From assembly GCA_900553435.1 (NCBI GenBank), contig USDC01000001.1:1-26502 (forward strand): DNA of 26,502 nt, in the 5' to 3' direction. The translations under genes were made by a program, and so were the position numbers. Positions 18,181 through 26,502 of the stretch are shown piece by piece (within the stretch, counting starts at the first letter, position 1; the number at the start of each line of letters is the position of its first letter). The DNA is from an uncultured Mycoplasmatota bacterium (GTDB lineage: Bacteria > Bacillota_I > Bacilli_A > RF39 > UBA660). Under the pieces are notes generated by a model. The model was not told the DNA's origin. It worked only from the letters and a program-made list of their open reading frames with translations, and did not search any database.

Positions 18181-20319
18181 CTAATTATTTTCTTTAAAAT
18201 ATTGTTTAAATTGTATGGTTACAGTAAACTGATCGCCTTCAATTTTGATCTCAAATTTACCTCCGCAGTTCTTTGTAAAACTATCTGCAATGGACAGTCC
18301 CAATCCGTTGCCTTCACTTGTTCTTGATTTTTCTGCTCTCGCAAAGCGTTCCATGATCTCTTCTTCGGTAAAATTCATTTCATACGATGCTGTATTCGTA
18401 ACTTTCAAAACGATATTTCCTGCTTCTTCAGTGATATAAATGAAGATTCTTGTGCCTTTGAGTGAATATTTCAATGCATTTTCAATGACATTCTGCACAA
18501 CTCTGTACATACGGTTTCCATCACCCATGAATTTTGTATGTTCTGTATTGCACTGATATCTGATTCCAAATCCTGATTCCTCTATCTGATCAGCCATATC
18601 CCCCAATGTTTGTTCCACCAGACGTTTCATATCCATTTCTTCCATATCAACCTTGACATCTCCACTCGTTGATTTTGCAAGTTCAAACAAATCTGAGATG
18701 ATGTCTTTTAAACGTTCTGTCTTCTTCACAAGGATCGTCACATAATCTTTTGCTTCATCAGATAATGTATCGTCCCTGCTTAAGAGATCAACGTAGCCAA
18801 TGATCGATGTCAAAGGAGTCTTTAAATCATGAGAAACATTGGTGATCAGGTCGATCTTCATCCTCTCGCCTTTCATCTGCGTTTCTAATGCTTTTTCCAT
18901 TCCCTGTCCGATATGGGTCAGTTTCTGGCTGTATTCGTAGTAATCTGAGTCCTCACTTATATCTGTTATTGCTGTCAATTCTCCATTTGAGATACGTTCG
19001 ATCTGATCGACTAATTTTCCTAAATCTCTTTGCTCTTCTGCATATTTGTTTGAATATTTCTTAAAGAATTTGAATAATGAAATACATGTAATTGCTATTA
19101 AAGCAACCAGAAAGTCGCTCAATTGAGCTCCTGTGAACAATATGATAACGCAGACCGCAACGCCTCCAATCATGATATATCTCAAAACGCGGTATTGCCT
19201 GATCCTGTCTCTTGCATGTTTTTGTGCAAAAGACATTGCTTCTTCTTCCAATTCTCGTCTTTGCTTTTCATGACGATACCATTTTCTAAAATACCCTAAG
19301 CAAAACGTGGAATCCAAAAGATTTCTTTCTTTTATTCTCCATACCGTTGTCTGTACGCATACTGCGAACGCCATGATAAAAAATGGTACGGACAGATAAC
19401 TTAGCATCATGATCATCTCTAATGTCGATGAACTCAAACTCATTGTACCCTGTGCGTATTCGATCGTATATTGCCAGTCTCCAATGCATAATGCAATTGC
19501 AAGTCCGATCAGGATCAATCCTGCTACCAGTATAATTTCCCACCAGATTTTATCCAGTGCATTAAAAAATTTGGTTCGTTTCTTCTGCAGTGCGAATAAA
19601 ATACACAATAAGATTGTTCCGATTACTTCAACCACTGATACAATAACGATGGCTTTCAGTCCTGTAGCAAGCTGTTTTGTTGCCTTCTTCTGAAACTGAT
19701 CAATCTCTGTTAAAGCTTTCTTTGTCAACGAAATCTCAATTTCTGCTGTTTCCAGACGCTGCTTCTTTTTATTATTGATCAGAAGATTGGATGGAAATAC
19801 AAATTCCATCGTGTAGCTGTCTCCAGCAAACGCATAATATTCTTCTGGATTTGCATTAAAATCATCGGTTGGGTCCCATCCTTTAAAACTTCCATCTTTA
19901 TTTAATTCTGTTTCGGATCGTTCTATATGAAAATGTTCAATCCTTCCCCCTGTATAATCTGCATTTTTCGCCCCATAATACGATGTTGTTGTTATCATCT
20001 TTTTGTCATATGGTTTGACTTTCATTGTTACTTTTACTCTGGATTCATTTTTAATCTTTGTAAGCAGATCCTCTGACACATGGTTTCGCTGGCCGGAATA
20101 AGTTTTTGCACCTTGTTGCTCTGCCCATTTGTCAAATAATGATGTCTGTGTCTTTTTGATATAATCAATCTGATCTAGCTCATCCACTGTAAAACTGCTA
20201 TTTCCCGTCAGTGCCATGTTATGAATCGTACTGATCCCATACATTCCTGACAAGGTCATAACAATGATCACAAATGTGACCAGTATCGTATTAGTCCATT
20301 TTTTCGATCTTGTATCCAA
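18181..20319 (-). CDS. Multi-TM sensor histidine kinase (HisKA + HATPase_c), TTG start
   Basis: H-box LITNVSHDLKTPLTSIIGY, N-box NVIENALKYS, F/G2 ERFARAEKSRTSEGNGLGLSI; several hydrophobic segments; overlaps the end of the response regulator. Confidence 0.95.
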   Translation of the reverse strand: MDTRSKKWTNTILVTFVIIVMTLSGMYGISTIHNMALTGNSSFTVDELDQIDYIKKTQTSLFDKWAEQQGAKTYSGQRNHVSEDLLTKIKNESRVKVTMKVKPYDKKMITTTSYYGAKNADYTGGRIEHFHIERSETELNKDGSFKGWDPTDDFNANPEEYYAFAGDSYTMEFVFPSNLLINNKKKQRLETAEIEISLTKKALTEIDQFQKKATKQLATGLKAIVIVSVVEVIGTILLCILFALQKKRTKFFNALDKIWWEIILVAGLILIGLAIALCIGDWQYTIEYAQGTMSLSSSTLEMIMMLSYLSVPFFIMAFAVCVQTTVWRIKERNLLDSTFCLGYFRKWYRHEKQRRELEEEAMSFAQKHARDRIRQYRVLRYIMIGGVAVCVIILFTGAQLSDFLVALIAITCISLFKFFKKYSNKYAEEQRDLGKLVDQIERISNGELTAITDISEDSDYYEYSQKLTHIGQGMEKALETQMKGERMKIDLITNVSHDLKTPLTSIIGYVDLLSRDDTLSDEAKDYVTILVKKTERLKDIISDLFELAKSTSGDVKVDMEEMDMKRLVEQTLGDMADQIEESGFGIRYQCNTEHTKFMGDGNRMYRVVQNVIENALKYSLKGTRIFIYITEEAGNIVLKVTNTASYEMNFTEEEIMERFARAEKSRTSEGNGLGLSIADSFTKNCGGKFEIKIEGDQFTVTIQFKQYFKENN

Positions 20320-20998
20320 TTCCCCACACCACCTTTAAATATCTTGGATTTTTTGCATCTATTTCTATTTTCTCGCGGATACGGCGGATATGGACCATGA
20401 CTGTATTTTCTGTTGCGTAGGCTTCTTCGTTCCATACACGTTCATAGATTTCATCTGCTGAAAATACCCTGCCAAGATTCTTCATGAGAAGGCTTACGAT
20501 CTTATATTCGGTTGCTGTCAGTTTCACAGCTTCCCCGTCAACTAACATTCTTTTTCCTTTCATATCAAGGATCAGTCCGCCGTTTATAATTTGTTCCTTA
20601 TTGCTTTTTGGGGCATTCATCCCACCAAACTGCATGTATCTTCGCAGTTGTGATTTGACTCTTGCCACCAGTTCATCTGGGCGGAATGGTTTGCTGACAT
20701 AATCATCGGCTCCCATGGATAATCCGAGAATCTTATCGCTTTCTTCTGTCTTTGCTGACAAAATGATAATTGGAATGTTCTTGCTTTCACGGATCTTCAT
20801 GGTAGCTGAAAGTCCGTCCATCTTTGGCATCATGACGTCTATGATCAAAAGCTGGACTTCTTGTTCCATCAGCACATCCATTGCTTCCAGTCCGTTATAT
20901 GCAGTGATAATTTCATAGTCTTCCATTTCCAGACGTTTCTTGATCGCCCCTACGATCTCCTTGTCGTCATCGACGACCAGAATCTTTGGCTGGTTCAT
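20291..20998 (-). CDS. OmpR/PhoB-family response regulator
   Basis: KILVVDDD, IIDVMMPKMDG, GADDYVSKPF, NTVMVHIRRIREKIE, LKVVWGIGYK; start set at ATG 20998, with SD GAGGAGG upstream. Confidence 0.96.
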   Translation of the reverse strand: MNQPKILVVDDDKEIVGAIKKRLEMEDYEIITAYNGLEAMDVLMEQEVQLLIIDVMMPKMDGLSATMKIRESKNIPIIILSAKTEESDKILGLSMGADDYVSKPFRPDELVARVKSQLRRYMQFGGMNAPKSNKEQIINGGLILDMKGKRMLVDGEAVKLTATEYKIVSLLMKNLGRVFSADEIYERVWNEEAYATENTVMVHIRRIREKIEIDAKNPRYLKVVWGIGYKIEKMD

Positions 20999-21031
20999 AG
21001 TTTTTCCTCCTCGTATCTTTGATGGTTTTAT

Positions 21032-21093
21032 CTTAACAATTAATTCTTTAATTTCCCTTAATGTAATTCTTACAAAATTCTTAACTTTCTTTA
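21032..21093 (-). promoter_or_regulatory. TTAAG-like direct repeats (candidate OmpR-family binding sites)
   Basis: On +: CTTAA 21032, CTTTA 21046, CTTAA 21057, CTTAC 21069, CTTAA 21080, CTTTA 21089; two pairs are spaced 11 bp apart. Confidence 0.55.
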
Positions 21094-21231
21094 TTATATT
21101 GAATTGTACCTGCAAAGTAAATGTTATACCAATATCTGCCATTCTAAAGGTTAAATTGTACCATAGCACCTGTCGAATTTAGCATCTGTTGCGTAGCGAG
21201 TCGAGCGAAAGCGGGTCACTAGGCAGTATAT

Positions 21232-21246
21232 TGATAATTATTCTCA
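21232..21246. promoter_or_regulatory. Fur-box-like 7-1-7 inverted repeat
   Basis: TGATAAT-T-ATTCTCA, one mismatch from the TGATAATnATTATCA consensus. Confidence 0.7.
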
Positions 21247-21251
21247 TTTGT

Positions 21252-21313
21252 AGTTATTGTCCACTAACTATTCATATGGTATCATATTTCCCAGCAGTTA
21301 GATTCTTCTAACT
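21252..21313 (+). promoter_or_regulatory. sigma-A promoter flanked by two AGTTAK-N6-CTAACT palindromic operators
   Basis: -35 TTGTCC (21257-21262), 17 bp, TG-g-TATCAT (-10 at 21280-21285). Operators AGTTAT-tgtcca-CTAACT (21252-21269) and AGTTAG-attctt-CTAACT (21296-21313). Confidence 0.65.
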
Positions 21314-21359
21314 ATTATACGCGCTATTATTTTATTACAAGAAAACGGAGGAAAACTAT

Positions 21360-23348
21360 ATGCGTAAAAGATTAATTGGTAAAGCTTTTGCAGTTGCCAT
21401 GACTGGTGCTATGGCTTTCACAGCTACTCCTGTGACTGCTAACATCTTTAATGTGGCTCATGTTGTAAAAGCTGCTGAAGCTGATCAGGCTGAAGAATGG
21501 ACATATTGTTATGTTGGACTTACTTGGGCAGAATATTGGGCACATGAGGATGTTTATAATGCTGGTGATGCTTCTAGCTCAGATGTTTTAGATTCTAAAA
21601 AAGAATCAGATAAAGGTGGATATGATGTTGTTACTCGAGCAACAGCAAACCATGGATTACATCGTGGAAGCTATCAGTGCATGGCTACCATCTTTACTAC
21701 AGATGCAGATGGTAAAACTGGTCCTGAGTACAAAGTTTCCCACTGGTCTGATGATGGTAAAACAATCTATTTAACAGATGGTTCATCTGTCAGCTGGAAT
21801 AAAGGAAAGATTACTGATAACGGAAATACTTATACAATGTCCCATTATAAAGTTTCTGGTATTAAGTATGTTCCTGTAGCTGTTAAAACTTCTCAATTAA
21901 ATGATTTAAAAGCCAAATATCAGGTTGTTGAAAATGGTCGTACTTTAACTGGTGGTTACACCGAAGTAAATTTATCTGCTTATACTGCAACTGCAAATGT
22001 AACAGCAAATACAAATGGTTTAAAAACAGCTACAGAAAACTCTGATGGATCTTTCTCTTTCAGTGCCCGCAAAACTGGTTCTGAATCTGGTTTAAAAGAT
22101 ACTGCTATCAAGAAAGTGGATTCTGATAAGATTACTGTTACGGTTCAACCTGGTGCAGGTTCTTATGGTGAGTTTTTACGTGTCGATCTTAATGGTGATG
22201 CTTATGGAGATCTTGGTTCAAATATGCAGGCTGTTACATGGACATACTATGGATATGATGATACATATTCTAAACCATTAGCAACATATGGTACTAAATT
22301 TGCTGCTGACAACTGGATGCATAAATCTATGGGAATCCAGCTTGGTTTAACAGAATCTATTCGTTGTCAGTTACCTGAAGATTATGATGGAACTGGTTAC
22401 TGGAAACTTACTATTTCTGCTCTTGGATATGAGGACTTCTCATTCAATATTCAGGCTACAGGTGACAATATCGCAAATGCTAAAGATGCAACAGACACAG
22501 AAAAATCCGATCTTCAGAAACTGATCGATCAGGCAAATGATATGAAAGCTGACAAAGATTCTTACTGTGATGGACAGGACAAGGCTTGGGCAGATCTTGA
22601 CACAGAACTTGGTGAAGCTGTTGATGCTTTAAAAGATGAAGTTATTTATTCTGGTACTGTAAAAGAATGCACATCTCATTTAACAGCTGCTATGAAAGCT
22701 GTCACAAAGAAGAATTACGAAACAATTACTACACCAGCTTCAACATCTAAAGATGGTTCTATCGTAGTAAAATGCTCTAACTGTGGTGATGTTAAGAGTA
22801 CAACAACAATCGCCAAGATTAAATCTATCGCATTAAACAAAACATCTTTCACAGAAAACGGAAAAGTTCAGAAAGCTACTGTTGTAGCAAAAGATTCTGC
22901 CAACAAAACAATCGCAGCAAGCAATTACACAGTATCTTACTCTAACTCCAACAGTAAAAAACCTGGAACTTATACAGCAACTGTTAAATTTAATGGTAAA
23001 AACTACACAGGTACAAAGAAATTAACTTACAAGATCAATGCGAAAGCACCTGCTAAGACAACTGTTAAATTAAGCAAAGCGAAAAAGACATCCTTAAAAG
23101 CTTCTTGGAGTAAAGTTGCCAACGCTACTTCTTACGAAGTACAGTATGGTACATCTAAGAGCTTCAAAGGTGCAAAAACTGTAAAAGTTTCTTCTAAATC
23201 TTCTTCTAAAGTTTTAACAAAACTTAAAAAGAATAAGAAGTATTATGTAAGAGTCAGAGCCGTAAGAACTGTAAAAGTTGATAATAAGAACACAACTTTA
23301 CGTGCTTCTTGGTCATCTGCAAAGAACTTAAAAACTAAGAAAAAATAA
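21360..23348 (+). CDS. Exported protein, probably Tp47-like (penicillin-binding protein Tp47 domains a/c) plus FIVAR-like helix and Lys-rich C-terminal fibronectin type III domain
   Basis: Signal peptide ending ...HVVKA; GLTWAEYWAHE, RATANHGLHRGS and YGTKFAADNWMHKSMGIQLGLT motifs (family assignment from recall); KSDLQKLIDQA; SWSKVANATSYEVQY...LKKNKKYYVRVRA. Confidence 0.7.
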   Translation: MRKRLIGKAFAVAMTGAMAFTATPVTANIFNVAHVVKAAEADQAEEWTYCYVGLTWAEYWAHEDVYNAGDASSSDVLDSKKESDKGGYDVVTRATANHGLHRGSYQCMATIFTTDADGKTGPEYKVSHWSDDGKTIYLTDGSSVSWNKGKITDNGNTYTMSHYKVSGIKYVPVAVKTSQLNDLKAKYQVVENGRTLTGGYTEVNLSAYTATANVTANTNGLKTATENSDGSFSFSARKTGSESGLKDTAIKKVDSDKITVTVQPGAGSYGEFLRVDLNGDAYGDLGSNMQAVTWTYYGYDDTYSKPLATYGTKFAADNWMHKSMGIQLGLTESIRCQLPEDYDGTGYWKLTISALGYEDFSFNIQATGDNIANAKDATDTEKSDLQKLIDQANDMKADKDSYCDGQDKAWADLDTELGEAVDALKDEVIYSGTVKECTSHLTAAMKAVTKKNYETITTPASTSKDGSIVVKCSNCGDVKSTTTIAKIKSIALNKTSFTENGKVQKATVVAKDSANKTIAASNYTVSYSNSNSKKPGTYTATVKFNGKNYTGTKKLTYKINAKAPAKTTVKLSKAKKTSLKASWSKVANATSYEVQYGTSKSFKGAKTVKVSSKSSSKVLTKLKKNKKYYVRVRAVRTVKVDNKNTTLRASWSSAKNLKTKKK

Positions 23349-23391
23349 TTTTCTTATCTCTCATACAATTACATCTCAATCTTAAAATCAT

Positions 23392-23432
23392 AAAAGAAGG
23401 TGGAACTTATCATTTGGTTCCACCTTCTTTTT
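23392..23432. terminator. Bidirectional intrinsic terminator
   Basis: 15-bp perfect IR AAAAGAAGGTGGAAC / GTTCCACCTTCTTTT between convergent genes. Confidence 0.9.
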
Positions 23433-23440
23433 CACATTAT

Positions 23441-24136
23441 CTACTTTGTAATTACATCCATCAGTTCTTCAACTGTTCTAACTTCAAGATCAGGCCTGAT
23501 ATCTCCTTCTGGCATCGGACGTTTTCTATGATTAAACCAGATTACATGCCATCCTGCTTTCTTGGCTCCTACAACGTCTACCTCAAAGGTGTCCCCTACA
23601 AACCATGTTTCTTCTGGAATCAGATTCATCTTATCCTGTACGATCTGAAATGCTTTGATATTTGGTTTTGTATATCCGATTGCATCGGAGATAAACATCT
23701 CATCTTTATCAAACCATTGAGAAAGTCCTAGAGTCTTTAATTTCTTTCCCTGATGACGCACTGTTCCATTCGTAAGCAAACCCATCGTCTTTCCCTGCTT
23801 TTTACATTCGCTTAGCAGTGCTTTGATGCCATCTGGTACATGAATATGTTTTTGATGATAACGATATCGTTCTTCAAATTGCTTTGCCTCTTCTTTGCTT
23901 ACTTCAATCCCAGAGTCTTTATAAGTCTTCTGAATGCGGTATGCAAATTCATCGTCGTGACTGATTTTTCCTTCTCTTGCCATATAAAACGCCTCATCAC
24001 TGTAAATTCTGGAACGTTTGAAAAGTTCTTCACAGTCTTCTTTGGTCTTGTCTTCAAAAAATTCTTTATGAACTTTATCAAAGGCTTCCATCAAGTCATA
24101 TAATGTATCATCTACATCAAATATTACATTCTTCAT
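23441..24136 (-). CDS. HAD-superfamily hydrolase, subfamily IA (YjjG-like)
   Basis: IFDVDDTLYD, LLTNG, TKP, FVGDTFEVDVVGAKKAGW. Confidence 0.9.
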   Translation of the reverse strand: MKNVIFDVDDTLYDLMEAFDKVHKEFFEDKTKEDCEELFKRSRIYSDEAFYMAREGKISHDDEFAYRIQKTYKDSGIEVSKEEAKQFEERYRYHQKHIHVPDGIKALLSECKKQGKTMGLLTNGTVRHQGKKLKTLGLSQWFDKDEMFISDAIGYTKPNIKAFQIVQDKMNLIPEETWFVGDTFEVDVVGAKKAGWHVIWFNHRKRPMPEGDIRPDLEVRTVEELMDVITK

Positions 24137-24137
24137 A

Positions 24138-24935
24138 CTAAATTAGTCCTAACTTCTCTAATGCTGTTGTGATTCCTTCTTCTTTCACTGTTCCTGTGAT
24201 CATAGATGCTACCTTTTCAACGGCTTCGCTGTGACGTCCCATAGCAATTCCTGTTCCAACGGCTTCCATCATCTCTACATCATTGTCTGCATCTCCAAAA
24301 GCATAAGTATCTTTCTTATCGATTCCTAATTTATCGATCAATTCAACAATTGCATCACCTTTTGTAACTCCTTTTAATGTGATATCAATAAAATTCTCTC
24401 GAACATGTTTTGCAACAGTAAAGACATCTTTAAATTCTTCTTCAAAATCTATCTTTACTTGTGGATCTTTATAATTCATAACTAATTTACTTACATGATT
24501 GTCTTTCTGGCGGAATTTCCATGGTGCATACCAGCGCTGTGGAAGATGAAACAGTTCACAGTGATGCATAAAAAATTCTGCATCCTGATGCAAATAATAA
24601 CTGATATCCCTTGTATCAAAATGAATGATCGTATCTCTTGGAAAATATTCATTGACTACTTTAAATAACAGTTCGTCTGGAATACAGATATCACGGATCA
24701 CTTCCCCTTCAACTTCTGTATGTGATCCATTACATGTGATCGCTCCCATGAATTTATCCACGTCCATCTCTAGAAATCTGTGGGTTCTTCCAGAACATAA
24801 CATTGTCAGATAACCATTTTCCTTTAATTTATTCAAGGATTCTACTGTCTTTGGTGTTGCTGTTGCAATATTATCGACTTCATCAACTGTTGTTCCATCG
24901 TAGTCGAAGAATACGACACCTTTGTATTTGTTCAT
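24138..24935 (-). CDS. Cof-type HAD hydrolase (subfamily IIB)
   Basis: FFDYDGT, CSGR, ITCNGS, GVTKGDAI, YAFGDADNDVEM; start set at ATG 24935 (MNKYKG). Confidence 0.9.
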   Translation of the reverse strand: MNKYKGVVFFDYDGTTVDEVDNIATATPKTVESLNKLKENGYLTMLCSGRTHRFLEMDVDKFMGAITCNGSHTEVEGEVIRDICIPDELLFKVVNEYFPRDTIIHFDTRDISYYLHQDAEFFMHHCELFHLPQRWYAPWKFRQKDNHVSKLVMNYKDPQVKIDFEEEFKDVFTVAKHVRENFIDITLKGVTKGDAIVELIDKLGIDKKDTYAFGDADNDVEMMEAVGTGIAMGRHSEAVEKVASMITGTVKEEGITTALEKLGLI

Positions 24936-25020
24936 AACTCTCTCCATCCTGTTTTTTATTTTTACATACGTAATTATATTGTACGTTTTCATGGGATGAA
25001 TTTCAATGTTTTATCACACA

Positions 25021-25057
25021 AAAAAATCAGAACCTGATATTTCAGATTCTGATTTTT
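25021..25057 (-). terminator. Intrinsic terminator after gatB
   Basis: AAAAATCAGAA-C-CTGA-TATT-TCAG-A-TTCTGATTTTT. The C/A mismatch becomes a U-G pair on the minus strand, followed by a U-run. Confidence 0.85.
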
Positions 25058-25093
25058 GTATGTGTTGTGATCCTTTGAACGAATTGTTCTTAA

Positions 25094-26502
25094 TTACATA
25101 TTATCTAAAATCTCAGTTAAGATCTTATTAACGATTCCAGGGTTTGCTTTTCCCTGTGTCGCTTTCATTGTCTGTCCAACTAAGAATCCGATGGCTTTCT
25201 TCTTACCTGCTTTGTAATCTTCAACAGATTTCGGATTGTTGGCTACAATCTCTTCGATCGTTGCTTTTAAGGCTCCTTCGTCGTTCATGGATTTCAATCC
25301 ATGTTCTTCAACGTATGCTGCAGGATCGATATTTTCTTTGAAGACTTTCTCGAACACTTCTTTTCCTACGCTTCTGTTGATCTCATTTTTCTTGATCATC
25401 TCGATCAGTTTTGCAAGATGTTCTGGTTTGAATGATACATCGTCGATATCCATCTCTGATTCATTTACCAGACGAATGGTCTCTCCCATTAACCAGTTAG
25501 ATACTTCTTTTGGCTCTGATCCAAGTGCAATTGTTGCTTCGAAAATGTCTGCAAGATGTTTTGATCCTGTAATGATGTCGATATCATAGTCTGGAAGGTC
25601 ATATTCTTCTTTATAACGGACTTTCTTCTCGTCTCTGAACTCTGGCTGTGCTTCTCTTACTTTGTCCATCCATTCATCACTGATCTCAATCGGTACTAAG
25701 TCTGGATCTGGGAAATAGCGGTAATCCTGTGCATCTTCTTTGGAGCGCATTGCATAAGATGCTCCCTTTGTATCATCCCAACGTCTTGTTTCCTGTACGA
25801 CTTTCTCTCCTGCCTCGATCAGGTCGATCTGACGTTCCATTTCTCCTTCGATTGCTCTCTTGATGGCCTTGAAAGAGTTTAAGTTCTTCATCTCTGTACG
25901 TGTTCCGAACTCTTCTGCTCCGACTTCACGGACAGATAAGTTGACGTCAGCTCTCATAGAACCTTCCTGTAATTTGCAGTCAGATGCTCCTAAATACTGG
26001 ATGATCAGACGTAATTTCTCAAGATATGCGATAACTTCGTCTGCAGAACGCATATCTGGTTCAGATACGATCTCGATCAGTGGTACTCCAGAACGGTTAA
26101 AGTCTACTAAAGAATCTCCTGTCCATGGATCATGCACCAATTTACCAGCATCTTCTTCCATATGGATCTCGTGGATTCTTACGTCTTTCTTCTCTCCATC
26201 AACATCGATTTCTACTTTACCATTTCGACAGATTGGTAAGTATAACTGAGAAATCTGATAATTCTGTGGATTATCTGGGTAGAAATAGTTCTTACGGTCA
26301 AATTTGCAGTTCTGTGTGATGTCGCAGTTTGTTGCAAGTCCAACTGCCATAGCGTATTCTACAACCTGTTTATTTAATACTGGTAAAGATCCTGGCATAC
26401 CTGTACATACAGGGCATGTATGTGTATTTGGTGCTCCTCCGAATGCAGTGCTGCATCCACAGAAGATCTTTGTCTTTGTTGCTAATTCTACATGGACTTC
26501 AA
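25094..26502 (-). CDS. gatB: Asp-tRNA(Asn)/Glu-tRNA(Gln) amidotransferase subunit B (5' end outside window)
   Basis: Frame is open to the window edge: EVHVELATKTKIFCGC...CPVCTGMPGSLPVLN; FDRKNYFYPD, HMEEDAGK, PLIEIVSEPD, DYRYFPDPDL. Confidence 0.98.
   Translation of the reverse strand, partial: EVHVELATKTKIFCGCSTAFGGAPNTHTCPVCTGMPGSLPVLNKQVVEYAMAVGLATNCDITQNCKFDRKNYFYPDNPQNYQISQLYLPICRNGKVEIDVDGEKKDVRIHEIHMEEDAGKLVHDPWTGDSLVDFNRSGVPLIEIVSEPDMRSADEVIAYLEKLRLIIQYLGASDCKLQEGSMRADVNLSVREVGAEEFGTRTEMKNLNSFKAIKRAIEGEMERQIDLIEAGEKVVQETRRWDDTKGASYAMRSKEDAQDYRYFPDPDLVPIEISDEWMDKVREAQPEFRDEKKVRYKEEYDLPDYDIDIITGSKHLADIFEATIALGSEPKEVSNWLMGETIRLVNESEMDIDDVSFKPEHLAKLIEMIKKNEINRSVGKEVFEKVFKENIDPAAYVEEHGLKSMNDEGALKATIEEIVANNPKSVEDYKAGKKKAIGFLVGQTMKATQGKANPGIVNKILTEILDNM

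Noticed and set aside
6569..24992. Longer N-termini in the ORF track for rplF (6577), rpsH (7031), rplP (9431), the response regulator (21169) and the Cof HAD (24992)
   Set aside because: Downstream ATGs have proper SD sequences and match family N-termini; the extensions overlap upstream genes or regulatory DNA.
14743..26319. Remaining short ORFs overlapping the transposase, 557-aa gene, kinase, regulator, HADs and gatB
   Set aside because: They overlap well-supported genes on the opposite strand or in another frame, and have no recognisable motifs.
1..26502. DGR template repeat, reverse transcriptase or Avd; CRISPR array; tRNA/rRNA
   Set aside because: By eye I found no AAC-rich second copy of 15709-15816, no YxDD-type RT ORF, no regularly spaced repeats and no RNA-gene signatures.
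18131..26502. Right part as an integrated genomic island in the low-GC genome
   Set aside because: It contains the core gene gatB and no mobility genes or att sites at the boundary; an artefactual join is the simpler explanation.

Overview
The window has two compositionally different parts joined abruptly at ~18130. Left part (1-~18130, very AT-rich, genetic code 11, Bacilli/Mollicutes-like such as RF39; taxonomy is inferred): a minus-strand S10-spc-alpha ribosomal superoperon from rpsJ to a partial rpoA. It lacks rpmD and rpsD, secY has a 1-nt frameshift, and it has a sigma-A promoter and rpsJ leader. Upstream are a single-ORF IS66-family element whose leader can pair with its own RBS, a 557-aa secreted repeat protein, and a 5'-truncated surface-protein ORF. 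Right part (~18131-26502, higher GC, Lachnospiraceae-like): an OmpR-type two-component system, a probably metal-repressed Tp47-like/FN3 exported protein, two HAD hydrolases and partial gatB. The most interesting signal is in the 557-aa gene. Its 3' end carries a 108-bp, 55%-GC, NNY-codon-rich block with the signature of a diversity-generating retroelement (DGR) variable region, followed by a GC hairpin with a GGA loop, and an upstream promoter has a G7 tract in its spacer. No reverse transcriptase or template repeat is visible, so it is a candidate remote DGR target.
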